From: a virus
Taxonomy: Duplodnaviria > Caudoviricetes
Virus record (IMG/VR): IMGVR_UViG_3300029288_000106
Span: 32,001-96,000 of that record
Strand: one strand, 5' to 3'
DNA: 64,000 bases
A program made the position numbers and the translations under genes. Each line of letters begins with the position of its first letter. Positions within the stretch are counted from its first letter, which is position 1. Shown in pieces: positions 28,054-39,051 of this stretch. The notes below the pieces were generated by a model. That model saw only the letters and a list, made by a program, of their open reading frames with translations. It was not told where the DNA came from and searched no databases.

Positions 28054-29783
28054 TTCTTTATAATATCCACCACGAGAGATAAAGGACGTTTTGGATTTTG
28101 AACTCTCTCATCAAAATCTGATGTTCTAGTTACCATTCCTTTTGAATAATCAATAGCTTTAATAACTGGAGTTCCATCCATCTTATAATATTGTAGGTAT
28201 TCAATTCTTGAATCAGAAAAAAGACTTTTTTGAATCAGATAATCAACACAATCAAACCTAGGAAACCATTTATGGCCTCGAGTTCCATCTGCATTTACAC
28301 CTCCTACTGGATCAAATACAACATCCCCATTCTCATTTTTTACTGATCGATTTTGATAAATATCACAACCATAATCAGGTAGAGATAATCTAAATAATCC
28401 TCCAGGCCGAAGAACTCTATATATTTCATCCATAACAGCTATTAATTTTGGATTAAAACAAATATGTTCAAAAACATCTTCGGATTGTATTGAATCTACT
28501 GAATTATCTGGTAGAGGAATTGGATCAGTAATATCATGATGAATACTTGTGCATGAACTCTCTTCTAATGTAAGTCCGATTAAATTATCATATTCTGGAA
28601 GAAGAGGAACAGTTCCAATATAAAGATGGATATCTTTTTTCTGTTTTATAGCAGACCAAGATAAAACAGGAAGTTTAGACCATGAATTTAAAGCCTCACA
28701 AATACAATTAATTTCATCGTCTGACATTTCAGGATAAAGAGGAAGGGTAAGGATTTGATTGCAAATTTTTTCAGTATTTACTAAATTATCACTTCCTTTT
28801 ATTCTATTCAAATAGCCAGATTGAAGATGAACAGGAATAGGATAATGAATAGCAACCCCAATATTGCAAGATTTTAGAAAGTCTATTAATTTACTCCTAG
28901 AATTACAGATATCTCTTACAACGCAGAGATGCCAAACGGGCTCAGAAAGAATATCCACTTTCTGAGGAAGTAATTTTTTAGGATCAAGAAATTTAGAATA
29001 TTTATAAACTATATTTCTTCTTTTTCCATTATCTTCACTTAAATAAGTAAGTTTTGCATTAAGTACAGCAGCCTGAATTTCATCCATTCGAGAATTCCAA
29101 CCAGGAAATAAACTATTTTGTTTTTCTTGCCATCCATATTGTCTTAAGCTTATTAGTTGTTTAAAAACTTCTTGATCTTTAGTAACCACAGCTCCAGCAT
29201 CACCTAAAGCACCTAAATTCTTAGTAGGATAAAAACTAAAAGCCCCGGCATCCCCAAATGATCCAACTCGTCTACCATTGTATGAAGCACCATGAGCTTG
29301 ACAACAATCTTCCACAACTTTTAAATTCAATCTTGAAGCAATAGCACAAACAGCTTCAATTTTACAGGGTTGGCCATACAAATGAACAGGAATAATTGCT
29401 TTTGTCTTAGGACTAACTGCATTTTCTATTTTATTTGGATCAATAGTAAGTGTATGTTCTTCTATATCTACAAAAACAGGAATTGCTCCAATCATTTCAA
29501 TTGCAGCAACTGTAGCTACAGAAGTATGAGATACAGTTATAACTTCATCGCCGGAACAAACTCCCACAGCTTTTAAAGCAAGGGCTAAAGCTTCTGTTCC
29601 ATTACTTACACCAACACAATAATTAGTGTTACAGTAATTTGCAAATCTTTCCTCAAATATTTTTACTTCTTCTCCCAGAATATACCAGCCACTATTCAAG
29701 ACTTTATCAATTCGAGAATTAATAATATCCCTGTACTTATCAAAACTTGCTTTTGGACAAACAACTGGAATAACTTTATCCAT
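28050..29783 (-). CDS. DegT/DnrJ/EryC1/StrS (FdtB-like) sugar aminotransferase fused to a methyltransferase-11-like domain
   Basis: SNGTEAL, VHLYG, EDCCQAHG, SFYPTKNLG; C-terminal EDVFEH..EIYRVLRPGG. Confidence 0.9.
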   Translation of the reverse strand: MDKVIPVVCPKASFDKYRDIINSRIDKVLNSGWYILGEEVKIFEERFANYCNTNYCVGVSNGTEALALALKAVGVCSGDEVITVSHTSVATVAAIEMIGAIPVFVDIEEHTLTIDPNKIENAVSPKTKAIIPVHLYGQPCKIEAVCAIASRLNLKVVEDCCQAHGASYNGRRVGSFGDAGAFSFYPTKNLGALGDAGAVVTKDQEVFKQLISLRQYGWQEKQNSLFPGWNSRMDEIQAAVLNAKLTYLSEDNGKRRNIVYKYSKFLDPKKLLPQKVDILSEPVWHLCVVRDICNSRSKLIDFLKSCNIGVAIHYPIPVHLQSGYLNRIKGSDNLVNTEKICNQILTLPLYPEMSDDEINCICEALNSWSKLPVLSWSAIKQKKDIHLYIGTVPLLPEYDNLIGLTLEESSCTSIHHDITDPIPLPDNSVDSIQSEDVFEHICFNPKLIAVMDEIYRVLRPGGLFRLSLPDYGCDIYQNRSVKNENGDVVFDPVGGVNADGTRGHKWFPRFDCVDYLIQKSLFSDSRIEYLQYYKMDGTPVIKAIDYSKGMVTRTSDFDERVQNPKRPLSLVVDIIKK

Positions 29784-30168
29784 TTTTATTTCCTATCATT
29801 TCTTCAAATGTCAAGTAGTCGTTAGAATCATATGAATGTGAAGCAACAACTAACAAAATTGAGTCTTCTTCAGCAAAAATTTCCTTTGTCCATACAAAAG
29901 TATCAACAAATAACGATTGTCCTCTTTCCAAGCATACCACATTATTTGATTGATTAGTTTGTTTGATTTCAATCTCAATCTTTCCACTTATACAAATATA
30001 AAACTGTTTACATAATTTATGAGCATGACCTCCTCGAGTATGTCCTTGAGGCACATTTTTTATTATGAAAATTCTCTTTGGAATAAAAGGGATATTCGAG
30101 AATTCAATTGGAATAAGATCTCCTCCTCGAATACTATCTTGCAAGATCGGAAAAGTATGTATATTCAT
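29776..30168 (-). CDS. FdtA/QdtA-family NDP-4-keto-6-deoxysugar 3,4-ketoisomerase
   Basis: RGGDL, RGGHAH, LLVVASHSYD. Confidence 0.9.
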   Translation of the reverse strand: MNIHTFPILQDSIRGGDLIPIEFSNIPFIPKRIFIIKNVPQGHTRGGHAHKLCKQFYICISGKIEIEIKQTNQSNNVVCLERGQSLFVDTFVWTKEIFAEEDSILLVVASHSYDSNDYLTFEEMIGNKNG

Positions 30169-30183
30169 ATTATCATTCCTTAT

Positions 30184-31527
30184 CTAAACACGTTTTTGAA
30201 ACATTTCTCTCCATGTTCCTTCTAGTAGTAATACCATCTCTGTTACTTCTTGATCAGACATTGCTGAAAAATTAACTTTATATTCTCTTCCTGAATGAAA
30301 GAAAATATCATAAAAGTCTCTGTGACTCTTTATCCTATGCTTTGCAAGTATGTAATCATAAAGAGGAGAACCAGGATATGGACAAGTATAAGTACAAGCA
30401 AATTGAATTCGAGGATCTATTTTAAGAATTGTTTTCAATAGTTCAAGTGAAGCTTTTGCATCAGCTTTTGTTTCAGTCAACTGACCTACCATAATGCTTG
30501 TAGTAACAAAAATTCCTATTCGAGCTAATCTTTTAATAACACTAACAACCATTTCTGTAGTATAATTTTTTCCTATCGTTTGTAATATTCGATCTGATCC
30601 AGATTCAATACCAATACCTATAACTCTACAACCCGAATTTTTCATATCAATAAGTGTTGAATCATCCATCCTTGACAATATATCAATTCGAGAAGATACT
30701 GAATAACCTACTTTTCTATCTAAATTTTCTATTCCTTTAACAATTTGCTTTGCTCGATTTGGAGAACACAAAACTGTATCATCAGAAAAGTACAAAACAT
30801 TGCCATCAAATCTCTTCAAAGCATCTGATGCTTCTTCCATCATTATATTAACTGGCCTATAACGAGGTTTACTGTGATGGTAACAAAAATTACAATTATA
30901 TGGGCATCCTCTTCCTCCATGAACATTTATAACTCTATCTGCTTCATCCCAATGCCATTGAGTATTTCTATAGTATTTTCCAATTGGTAACCATTTTTCA
31001 GCTGGAAACAAATCATACTGAACAGGCGGAAGTTTAGTAAGATCTTCAATATAATCTCCCACTCCTGTATTTGTAAATTTATTTCCTTCTTTTATTACAA
31101 GTCCTTTAATATCAAATATACTGTTATTTCTGCGTAAAGCTTTTACAATTCGATCAAGAGTAATTTCTCCTTCGCCAATCACTCCTATATCAGCACCTGT
31201 AATTTCAATAGCAAATTCAGGAATAGGTGAAACCATCTGGCCACCAACAATAATTGGAAAATCTCTTCCTGCCTTATTCAACATTTCAATCATTTCTCTA
31301 TTTTGTTTCAACTCAGGATATAAACTTCCAAATCCAACAACAAGGGGTTTTAATAACATAATCTGATTAACTATATTTTGTAAATTACCTTCTTTAAAGA
31401 ATACTCTTACATCTTCTCCTTGTGCTATTAGATAACTAGCTAAATAAGGATAAGATAAAGGAAAAGTATAAGTAATATCACAAGATACTAAAACAACTGG
31501 TCCATTTTTGTTTTTGCTTACAATCAT
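30184..31527 (-). CDS. B12-binding radical SAM enzyme (class B methyltransferase-like)
   Basis: IVGG..GEGE; GRGCPYNCNFC; GIESGS; PYPGS. Confidence 0.9.
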   Translation of the reverse strand: MIVSKNKNGPVVLVSCDITYTFPLSYPYLASYLIAQGEDVRVFFKEGNLQNIVNQIMLLKPLVVGFGSLYPELKQNREMIEMLNKAGRDFPIIVGGQMVSPIPEFAIEITGADIGVIGEGEITLDRIVKALRRNNSIFDIKGLVIKEGNKFTNTGVGDYIEDLTKLPPVQYDLFPAEKWLPIGKYYRNTQWHWDEADRVINVHGGRGCPYNCNFCYHHSKPRYRPVNIMMEEASDALKRFDGNVLYFSDDTVLCSPNRAKQIVKGIENLDRKVGYSVSSRIDILSRMDDSTLIDMKNSGCRVIGIGIESGSDRILQTIGKNYTTEMVVSVIKRLARIGIFVTTSIMVGQLTETKADAKASLELLKTILKIDPRIQFACTYTCPYPGSPLYDYILAKHRIKSHRDFYDIFFHSGREYKVNFSAMSDQEVTEMVLLLEGTWREMFQKRV

Positions 31528-31530
31528 ATT

Positions 31531-32235
31531 TTAAACTTTCTTAAACAGATACGAGGCGTGGTATTCATCATTTTTTACATCTACTACATATTCTACTTTA
31601 TCTACTAATTCAAGTTTATTCAATTTAAACATCTCAAGCAGCTCGTTTTCATTATAATGAATTTCAAAAACCGGAACTTCATAAGCAAGCTTCTTTAAAT
31701 ATTGAGTAGGTTTAGATTTACAAGCTATTGATCTATGTAATATTACATATTGTTTTGATACTCTAGTTGCTTCAGAAATATGCTGAAGTGCATTAGAAAC
31801 ATGAATAAGTATACTTCCTAGAATAACAAAATCAAATTCATTATCGGAAAATGGAAGATTTGCTCCGTCAGCAACAATAAAATTAGCAGTTGAATAATAT
31901 TCTTTAGCTTTTTGAATCATTGCTTCTGAATAATCTACACCGGTATATTTAAGCTTTGTTTGAAAAAGTATAGATAATACCTCATAGTAATATCCAGTAG
32001 AACACCCGGTTTCAAGAATTGAAGAATCTTGAGTAAAATTTCCTTTTCTCAAGAAATCTTGCACAATTGTAAATAATATATTTGGTTGATTTTTGTGTGC
32101 TTCTTGAATTGCTTGATCTGCAAGTACCCGCTGTCGCAATGGTATGTTCTGATTTTTCCATCCATCTAACAAATCAAGAGGTATATTAGTTGGTTTAATT
32201 GAAGTATGTCCTGATGAAACTTTTTTCATATCCAT
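31531..32235 (-). CDS. Class I SAM-dependent methyltransferase
   Basis: LETGCSTG, GVDYS, LPFSDNEFD; AAAGGA SD before ATG 32235. Confidence 0.85.
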   Translation of the reverse strand: MDMKKVSSGHTSIKPTNIPLDLLDGWKNQNIPLRQRVLADQAIQEAHKNQPNILFTIVQDFLRKGNFTQDSSILETGCSTGYYYEVLSILFQTKLKYTGVDYSEAMIQKAKEYYSTANFIVADGANLPFSDNEFDFVILGSILIHVSNALQHISEATRVSKQYVILHRSIACKSKPTQYLKKLAYEVPVFEIHYNENELLEMFKLNKLELVDKVEYVVDVKNDEYHASYLFKKV

Positions 32236-32236
32236 G

Positions 32237-33082
32237 TTATTTCCTTTGACCAATTATATATGTTAAAAGATTTCCGTATTGTGCTACTGGTATTGATTTC
32301 CAAGTATATTGACTATTCTTTGTAATTAAATTGGAAAAATATGTTTTATTATCATAACCATACCATTCATCTTGATAACCAAGAAGAACATATTTAGTAG
32401 ATTGAAAAACTTTCTTAAAAATCTCATCTCGAAGATCAAATGGACTTTCTGATATTGACCATAATGCTATGAATAAACTATTTTCTGCAATCAATATTTC
32501 AGATGTTTGATTTCTATCCCACAAAAAATTTATATCTTTATCTTTTTGATAATGATTAAAAGAACTTGTTTTATCTAATGTTGAACTTAAGTAATATTCT
32601 TGAAGAGCTAAAACTTCTGGAAGATCAAATATTGTATAATTTCCACAAAATCCAAATTTAAAAATCAATTTGCAGAGCATTCCAAAACCACCACCAAACT
32701 CAAAAATAGTTTGAAGAGTATTAAAATCAAGGCCTGTTTCAACTATAAGTGTAGCAAGATGACAAGCATGATTTACACTATTTCCACATGATTCTGACAA
32801 TGGTGGATATGAAAGAGGATTACCAACTGATGATCTCGTGAGAATTGATTGTATTTTAGGCCAAAATGAAAGGGTTTTTAGAAATTGTACTGCATTTTCA
32901 GATGGCTCATATGTCATTCGTCCTACAATTACTTGCCAATTCAAAAAATTATCTATATTATCAGTTAGAATATGCTTTATAAGTTTGAGTCTGTTTTCAT
33001 TCCATGTATTTGAAATTAGAAGGTTAGAATAAACATCTTGAACTCTTCTTTTCAATTTTTCTTTTAATTCATTTTGATTCAT
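32237..33082 (-). CDS. Putative sugar O-methyltransferase
   Basis: FEFGGGFG, IFDLPE..LQEYYL, ALWSISE. Confidence 0.8.
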   Translation of the reverse strand: MNQNELKEKLKRRVQDVYSNLLISNTWNENRLKLIKHILTDNIDNFLNWQVIVGRMTYEPSENAVQFLKTLSFWPKIQSILTRSSVGNPLSYPPLSESCGNSVNHACHLATLIVETGLDFNTLQTIFEFGGGFGMLCKLIFKFGFCGNYTIFDLPEVLALQEYYLSSTLDKTSSFNHYQKDKDINFLWDRNQTSEILIAENSLFIALWSISESPFDLRDEIFKKVFQSTKYVLLGYQDEWYGYDNKTYFSNLITKNSQYTWKSIPVAQYGNLLTYIIGQRK

Positions 33083-33903
33083 TTTAGTCTAATCTTTCCT
33101 TGTAAACAACAATTTGTAAAACTATGTTTGCATTCATCGGTATTAAAAACAGCTTGTGTTTCATCAGTAAATAAATGTTTGAATTCTAAAACAACACTCA
33201 TCATAGCTTTTCCGTTTAGTCCTTTTCTTTGATTAGTTAAGTACATTCCACCCTCAGAAAATCTATGCCAATAAAAAGTATTAGGCAGTATAGCTATTCT
33301 TGATCCAGTTGCAAGCTGTCTAAACCCAAATGACCAACTACCCATTACATTTCCTTCTGGATATCTACCAGCTTTTTCATAACTTTCTCTAGTAAATAAA
33401 TAATTACCTGACGCAGGAGGAGTTTTTCCTCCTTCTTTTCCTATCATACAAGCAAGATCAACAATATTATTTGGAGCTTTGAAAAACCACGAATTAAGAT
33501 GACTATACTGACTGTTTATATTTTTGAAAAACCTCAACTCTTCAAAACAAGCAGCTTCACATTTTGTATTATCAAGATGTTCAATTAACTTATTAACCGA
33601 ATCCGGCACAAGTACGTTATCTGTATCAAGGCAAAAGAAAAGATCACCTTGAGCATGAGATACAGAAAGATTATTTGCAATACATTCTCCTCCTGATTCA
33701 TCACGATAATAAGCATGAAAATTATCAACTGCATCATCCCATTTTCTCAATATTTGCTTTGTCTTTTCATCAGTTGATGCATCATCTGTACATATAACTT
33801 CAAAAGGAATAGATAAATGCTGTTTATAAATTGAAACTAAAGCCTCTTCTATTATATCTGCATAGTTGTAACAAGGAAGAATAAAAGATAAAAAATGCTT
33901 CAT
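33079..33903 (-). CDS. GT2 glycosyltransferase
   Basis: ILPCYN, DDASTD, LDTD. Confidence 0.88.
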   Translation of the reverse strand: MKHFLSFILPCYNYADIIEEALVSIYKQHLSIPFEVICTDDASTDEKTKQILRKWDDAVDNFHAYYRDESGGECIANNLSVSHAQGDLFFCLDTDNVLVPDSVNKLIEHLDNTKCEAACFEELRFFKNINSQYSHLNSWFFKAPNNIVDLACMIGKEGGKTPPASGNYLFTRESYEKAGRYPEGNVMGSWSFGFRQLATGSRIAILPNTFYWHRFSEGGMYLTNQRKGLNGKAMMSVVLEFKHLFTDETQAVFNTDECKHSFTNCCLQGKIRLK

Positions 33904-33905
33904 AA

Positions 33906-34769
33906 TTACCTCAGTAATTCTAATTCTTTCAAAATATACTTGCACCAATTTCCATCAGCTAAATTTGTATCATAAAAACTTTTTGCATTAATTCCCATCT
34001 GTAATAAAAATTCATTATCAAATTCATCTATTATTCTCTCAATCTCGTTAATAGATTTTGTATAAAAGCTTACTTGAGACCAATCTAAAAATTTCTTGAA
34101 TGGTCGATGATCAATATCACCAATTAAAAAAGGTATACACCCAAGCTGCATCGCTTCATAAAATCTGTATGAAGCTCCACCATAACCTCTTGGACACAAT
34201 GCAATATAAGATTGAAGCATCATTGAAACAAAAGCTTCTGTTCCGCCACCTCCTTGAATATTAATATCCCGTCTATGTGCTAGTTTTTGTAGCATTTCTT
34301 TTCGTGATGGATGAGTAGTTAAGCTTCCTACAAAATTTGCTTTATATACCTTATTTTCATTATATCTATAAGGATGTTTAGCACAAAGAAGAGGAATATC
34401 TAAACCATCTAGAGCTGTTCTGGAACCAAGAAATACAATAGTATTACCTAAATTTATTTTTGGCTGTTCTGCATACTCATATATAGTAAAAGTTTTTGAA
34501 CTATCTATTATACTTCTATTTGCTTCTGCTTGTAATTTATCTAAATCTACTGTTCCAAATTTATGATTTACCAGCCAATGAGTCCAGAGAATGGGCAGAT
34601 AATGCCAATCTGCCTCTGCAGGATCTGGTGTGATTAAATTATGATGGTTTTGTAAATAGGAAAGAAACAGCTCTTCTGCATCTTTAAACCCTTTATTATG
34701 AGCTGGATATGTAACCGAAATAGTTGATGGCTGAAATTCAGATTTTACTGGTAGTATATAAATTTTCAT
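33906..34769 (-). CDS. Exostosin-like (GT47) glycosyltransferase
   Basis: ALCPRGYG..RFYEAMQLGCIP. Confidence 0.85.
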   Translation of the reverse strand: MKIYILPVKSEFQPSTISVTYPAHNKGFKDAEELFLSYLQNHHNLITPDPAEADWHYLPILWTHWLVNHKFGTVDLDKLQAEANRSIIDSSKTFTIYEYAEQPKINLGNTIVFLGSRTALDGLDIPLLCAKHPYRYNENKVYKANFVGSLTTHPSRKEMLQKLAHRRDINIQGGGGTEAFVSMMLQSYIALCPRGYGGASYRFYEAMQLGCIPFLIGDIDHRPFKKFLDWSQVSFYTKSINEIERIIDEFDNEFLLQMGINAKSFYDTNLADGNWCKYILKELELLR

Positions 34770-35467
34770 TTAATTTTCCCTTCAAATACATCTAGAGAAA
34801 GAGCCGCCACAAAAATTGAATATTCAAAATTCTCGTCAGATGCTTGTAGATTATTTTTTAGTATAAAATGAGTTTTCTCAACCTTCAAAATATGATAATC
34901 TTTACTTCGAAGAATTGAATGAATTTCAGCTAGTGTGGTATGTGAATCAATATACGTTCCACCATATTCAAATTCAATAAAATCAATTGCTTTGTTGTTA
35001 AGAAGACTATAGGCTCCTTTTATTATATCAAATTCACTTCCTTCAGCATCAATTTTCAAGTAATTGATTTTTGGAATTTTTCGTATTTCACAGTATCTTT
35101 CTACAGTAATTGCTGGAACATCAATAGGGGTATTTGGTAAACCAATATTGTATTTTGTTTCTGCATCAAATCGTCTGTATGTTGTATTTAGAGTAAGATT
35201 TTGTGGATAAATATAAAAAGGTCTTATTCCAATCAAATCACTCACCAAAACTTGAGAAATAAAAATTTCTGGGTAAGAAATAAATTTATTTTTCAGAACA
35301 GAAAAACAAATAGGGTTAGGCTCGAATAAGTGGATTTGACCAGCATTTTTATCTACTACTAATTCAGTCCAATCACCTTGGTAAGCTCCAATATCAAAAA
35401 CAATATCTCCCGATCTAATACAAGTATCTATTAATTTTTTTTCTTTTGCTACTTCAAATAAACTCAT
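34766..35467 (-). CDS. FkbM-family methyltransferase
   Basis: FDIGAYQG, FEP, KIDAEGSE. Confidence 0.88.
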   Translation of the reverse strand: MSLFEVAKEKKLIDTCIRSGDIVFDIGAYQGDWTELVVDKNAGQIHLFEPNPICFSVLKNKFISYPEIFISQVLVSDLIGIRPFYIYPQNLTLNTTYRRFDAETKYNIGLPNTPIDVPAITVERYCEIRKIPKINYLKIDAEGSEFDIIKGAYSLLNNKAIDFIEFEYGGTYIDSHTTLAEIHSILRSKDYHILKVEKTHFILKNNLQASDENFEYSIFVAALSLDVFEGKIK

Positions 35468-35468
35468 T

Positions 35469-36293
35469 TCAATACCTCTCATCTCTTAATACTGTATGAC
35501 TGTTCCACGGATCATATGAAATTAATTTTTGCTGGGATAAACGAGGACGAAAGAACTCTTTTCCTTGTGTACTTAGCATACTAGCTACAAAAGAAAAAGA
35601 ACTGTTTGATATAAGATGAATATTACATTGAGTTAATGTATAGAAATCTGGATAAAAAGAAGCTTCGGGTAATTTAATATCTTCTGTAGTAATAGGATTG
35701 TATTTTTTGAAATCACTTTTTACCTTATCTAGTTCATCACTTGCTATAAATAAAACTGGCTTATCTAACTTTTCCCAGTTTTCATCTAACCAGCGTAAGT
35801 ACCATATACTTGGAGCAACGAAAAAACACTTAGCAGAATCTCTTGTAAACGTTCCATAATCTCCTCGTCTTAAATGACATCCTATAATAGTATTTCCTTT
35901 AGTCCTAAGAATATTAATCGTCTTTCCCACAACTGATACTATTTTTGAGGTTGGATTAAAAAGTTTTCTAAAATAAGCTTGGTGCTGAGCATAGAAAGAT
36001 GTATGATACTGAAAATATCCAATTATATCTATATTTCCTCGAGGATTTTTATTTCCTGCTATGGTTGATTTAGAAGCATCATATAGATGATTATTTAAAC
36101 TATCGTTAACAAGTGGAAGAAATTGATCAATTGAAGGATCATTATGCCCAAACAAATACTGGCCTATCCAAGGTGGTACTTGATAGTCAAAATTATTTAT
36201 TGCTACATATATTCGAAGAAAAGCATACTGAAATACTTGATTTGCAAATCTACCCCAGTGTCCTAATTTTGACATTGTAATAATTGGCTTCAT
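35469..36293 (-). CDS. GT11 (alpha-1,2-fucosyltransferase-like) glycosyltransferase
   Basis: GRFANQVFQY, HLRRGDY, SNSSFS. Confidence 0.88.
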   Translation of the reverse strand: MKPIITMSKLGHWGRFANQVFQYAFLRIYVAINNFDYQVPPWIGQYLFGHNDPSIDQFLPLVNDSLNNHLYDASKSTIAGNKNPRGNIDIIGYFQYHTSFYAQHQAYFRKLFNPTSKIVSVVGKTINILRTKGNTIIGCHLRRGDYGTFTRDSAKCFFVAPSIWYLRWLDENWEKLDKPVLFIASDELDKVKSDFKKYNPITTEDIKLPEASFYPDFYTLTQCNIHLISNSSFSFVASMLSTQGKEFFRPRLSQQKLISYDPWNSHTVLRDERY

Positions 36294-36916
36294 ATTTTTT
36301 CTTTCACATAAAAAGCATCACCCCAAGAAGAACATACTCTCTTTTCTTCTCTACAAACAAAGTTAAACTGAGCTAAAAATTTATCTAATTGCGTTTTGAG
36401 CACACATCCTTCATACATTTCTTCATAATTAACTTCTGTATTAATAGCATCGATATGATTTTCTAACAGATTAATAGCTCCTTGAAATGCAAGTAACTCT
36501 GCTCCTTGAATATCAATGTTAATAAAATTAAAATTGCTTGGAGCTCTGATTTTGAAAAATGTATCTAATGTAATACAAGGAACAGTAATAATTTTTGTTT
36601 CAACAATATTAGGATATACCACTTTATGATACTTTAATGGAAGAATTGAACTACTCTGATCCATCGATGTTACGTGAAATTTACATTCTCCTACGTAATT
36701 TGATATTGCACATTGAACTGCTTTTATATTTCCTGTGCTTTGAATTTTCTCAACTAGTCTCTGATATACATCAGGATTAGCTTCGAACAAAACAATTTCT
36801 GGTATATTCATAGCTAAATAAATTGAGCACTCTTGTCCTTCATGAGCACCAATATGAATAACACCTTTTTTTAATATTTTATACTTTTCATATAATTTTG
36901 GTAAATCAAAATACAT
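36290..36916 (-). CDS. FkbM-family methyltransferase
   Basis: HIGAH, FEANP, IDIQGAEL, WGDAFY. Confidence 0.88.
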   Translation of the reverse strand: MYFDLPKLYEKYKILKKGVIHIGAHEGQECSIYLAMNIPEIVLFEANPDVYQRLVEKIQSTGNIKAVQCAISNYVGECKFHVTSMDQSSSILPLKYHKVVYPNIVETKIITVPCITLDTFFKIRAPSNFNFINIDIQGAELLAFQGAINLLENHIDAINTEVNYEEMYEGCVLKTQLDKFLAQFNFVCREEKRVCSSWGDAFYVKEKI

Positions 36917-36918
36917 AG

Positions 36919-37566
36919 TTAATTCCATCCCCAAATAAGATTATTCTTCTCTCTAAATATTTTGAGTTCAATATCTTGAGTTTTTCTAATCCTTGCATCT
37001 ACATAAGTTAAATCTCTAAAAGTGGGCTTTTCAATTGTACATAATGAATCGATGTACAAAAATTTCTTTTTTTCTTGCTGTTCAAGTTTTTTGCAGAACT
37101 CTGATATTTCTTGACAAGCAAAATGAAAGTATCCTGGATAATATAATTGTTTATTAGGATATCGAGATAAGAAAGTACTTCCTATCAACGGAATGGCTGT
37201 ACACGAGCCTATTCCTTTAAAACTGAATGCAAATACACCATCATCATCAGGAAACTCTTCTTCAAATATTTTTACTGCCCTTTCAATTGAACCAGGATTA
37301 AACCAAATACTATCTGTTGCACAAATTACATTTCCTTCAATACATGAAAGATACTTATTTCTACAAACAACTGTTCCACTATGTGGCTGAACAAGTTTTA
37401 CTTGTATTGGTCTAAATTTTTGTTGTGATAATACTTCATATGTTTTCATATCATCATCACACACAACAACCACAGAGATATTTTCTTTAATAGGAATACT
37501 ATTAAGCATGCTAATCAATCTATCTAATCTATTTCGTGTAGGTATTAATATTGTAACGTTTTTCAT
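36919..37566 (-). CDS. GT2-like glycosyltransferase
   Basis: ILIPTRNR, VVCDDD. Confidence 0.75.
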   Translation of the reverse strand: MKNVTILIPTRNRLDRLISMLNSIPIKENISVVVVCDDDMKTYEVLSQQKFRPIQVKLVQPHSGTVVCRNKYLSCIEGNVICATDSIWFNPGSIERAVKIFEEEFPDDDGVFAFSFKGIGSCTAIPLIGSTFLSRYPNKQLYYPGYFHFACQEISEFCKKLEQQEKKKFLYIDSLCTIEKPTFRDLTYVDARIRKTQDIELKIFREKNNLIWGWN

Positions 37567-38246
37567 TATAACAAATTTTTATACTCAAAATCTTCTGAAA
37601 CACCAATATTACAAAAATCAAACCATTTTATTCTCAATTCTTCTTTAGTTGATAATAAAGTAGCTCGAGTCTGTCTAAAACCATCTAAAGAATAATCTCT
37701 CTGTGAATCTGTGGAAAATAATATTCTATTTCTATTCTGATCTTCTGATCTGCCTCTTTGATAAGAATGATGAATATGACCAATCACACCTTCAATTTTT
37801 TTGAGCTGAGCTCGTTTATTAAGTATATCATCTTCCCAACCCCAACCAAGACATAAATTACTATATCCACCACAATCTTCAAATTGTTTTCTTGTAAAAC
37901 ATACAAGCCTACCAATACAATGATTTACAGATCTGTGTTTAAAAACAGTATGTTCTTCAGACATTTCATATGAAGAAGTAAATCCTATAAATGGATGAGC
38001 TAGCGTCGACTGATAGAATTCAAAATCAATAAACTTAAGAAATCTAACATCAACATCAATAAAAATAACCATATCTCCTTTGCTTACTCTATAACCAAGA
38101 TTACGAAGCTGTCCATGTTTAAATATTTCATTGTCAGCTTGACAGGATATAATAATTTCATAGTTTGTATAATATTCTCTAATAGATTTAATTAGTCCTT
38201 TTATCTGAGTATCTCTACCACGAAATGGAACTATAAAACTAAGCAT
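37566..38246 (-). CDS. GT7-like (galactosyltransferase-type) glycosyltransferase
   Basis: IVPFRGR, DVD, GWGWEDD. Confidence 0.85.
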   Translation of the reverse strand: MLSFIVPFRGRDTQIKGLIKSIREYYTNYEIIISCQADNEIFKHGQLRNLGYRVSKGDMVIFIDVDVRFLKFIDFEFYQSTLAHPFIGFTSSYEMSEEHTVFKHRSVNHCIGRLVCFTRKQFEDCGGYSNLCLGWGWEDDILNKRAQLKKIEGVIGHIHHSYQRGRSEDQNRNRILFSTDSQRDYSLDGFRQTRATLLSTKEELRIKWFDFCNIGVSEDFEYKNLL

Positions 38247-39051
38247 TCAAGCATTCTTTCATCCATTTAACAATATACCCTGGAGAACAAGATCTATCAA
38301 ATAGCTTTTGAGCTTCACTTCCTACCTTCAAACAGATATCTCTATTCTTTTCACAAAAATCAATCTTTTCTACTAAATCACTAAAATCATCTTTGCACTC
38401 AATATAATGTTGATTTGCAATAACATCATTTCCAAATGCTAATGTGGCATCAATTTTAGGAGAAATAGTACAACAACCAAATCCCATAAATTGTAAATGA
38501 CTTCTATCCAATATGTTAATCCTTGCTCCTGGAACACTAACTAAAACCATACAATTGTATATTAGATCAAAAAATTTAGTTTGTGGAGATCTGTGATTAA
38601 TTTCAGCCCTACTTTTATATACTTTTTTCAATAAATCTTGAACATACTGCCGTCTTTCTTTTGCATTTCCTCCTGGCCGATTTGTACAAATAATTTGATT
38701 TGCTACTTTATACCTAAACGTACTTCTCAAAGTATAAAAAACCACCCAATTATAAAAACTGACTGGACCAATCGGATAAACATTTTTTAACTCTCCATTT
38801 CGTTGCTTAGAATAATGAAATTTGAAATATGGTTCTTTCTGATCATATAAATGACAAATATGATAATGATCGCTAAAGTCAATCCAAACTCGTTGCCCAT
38901 CTACAAATATATGAAAACAAACTTCACTTACGTACTTTGCATTAAACATTTCAATCTCAATACCAGCGTAACGCAAAAGATTTAACAAATACATATAATG
39001 AGTATTATAATATTTTATATTTCCTGTATTAGCTGGAAATAATATTTTCAT
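38239..39051 (-). CDS. Putative GT-B glycosyltransferase
   Basis: SVPG..DR..GCCTISP..HYIECKDDFSDL. Confidence 0.6.
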   Translation of the reverse strand: MKILFPANTGNIKYYNTHYMYLLNLLRYAGIEIEMFNAKYVSEVCFHIFVDGQRVWIDFSDHYHICHLYDQKEPYFKFHYSKQRNGELKNVYPIGPVSFYNWVVFYTLRSTFRYKVANQIICTNRPGGNAKERRQYVQDLLKKVYKSRAEINHRSPQTKFFDLIYNCMVLVSVPGARINILDRSHLQFMGFGCCTISPKIDATLAFGNDVIANQHYIECKDDFSDLVEKIDFCEKNRDICLKVGSEAQKLFDRSCSPGYIVKWMKECLNA

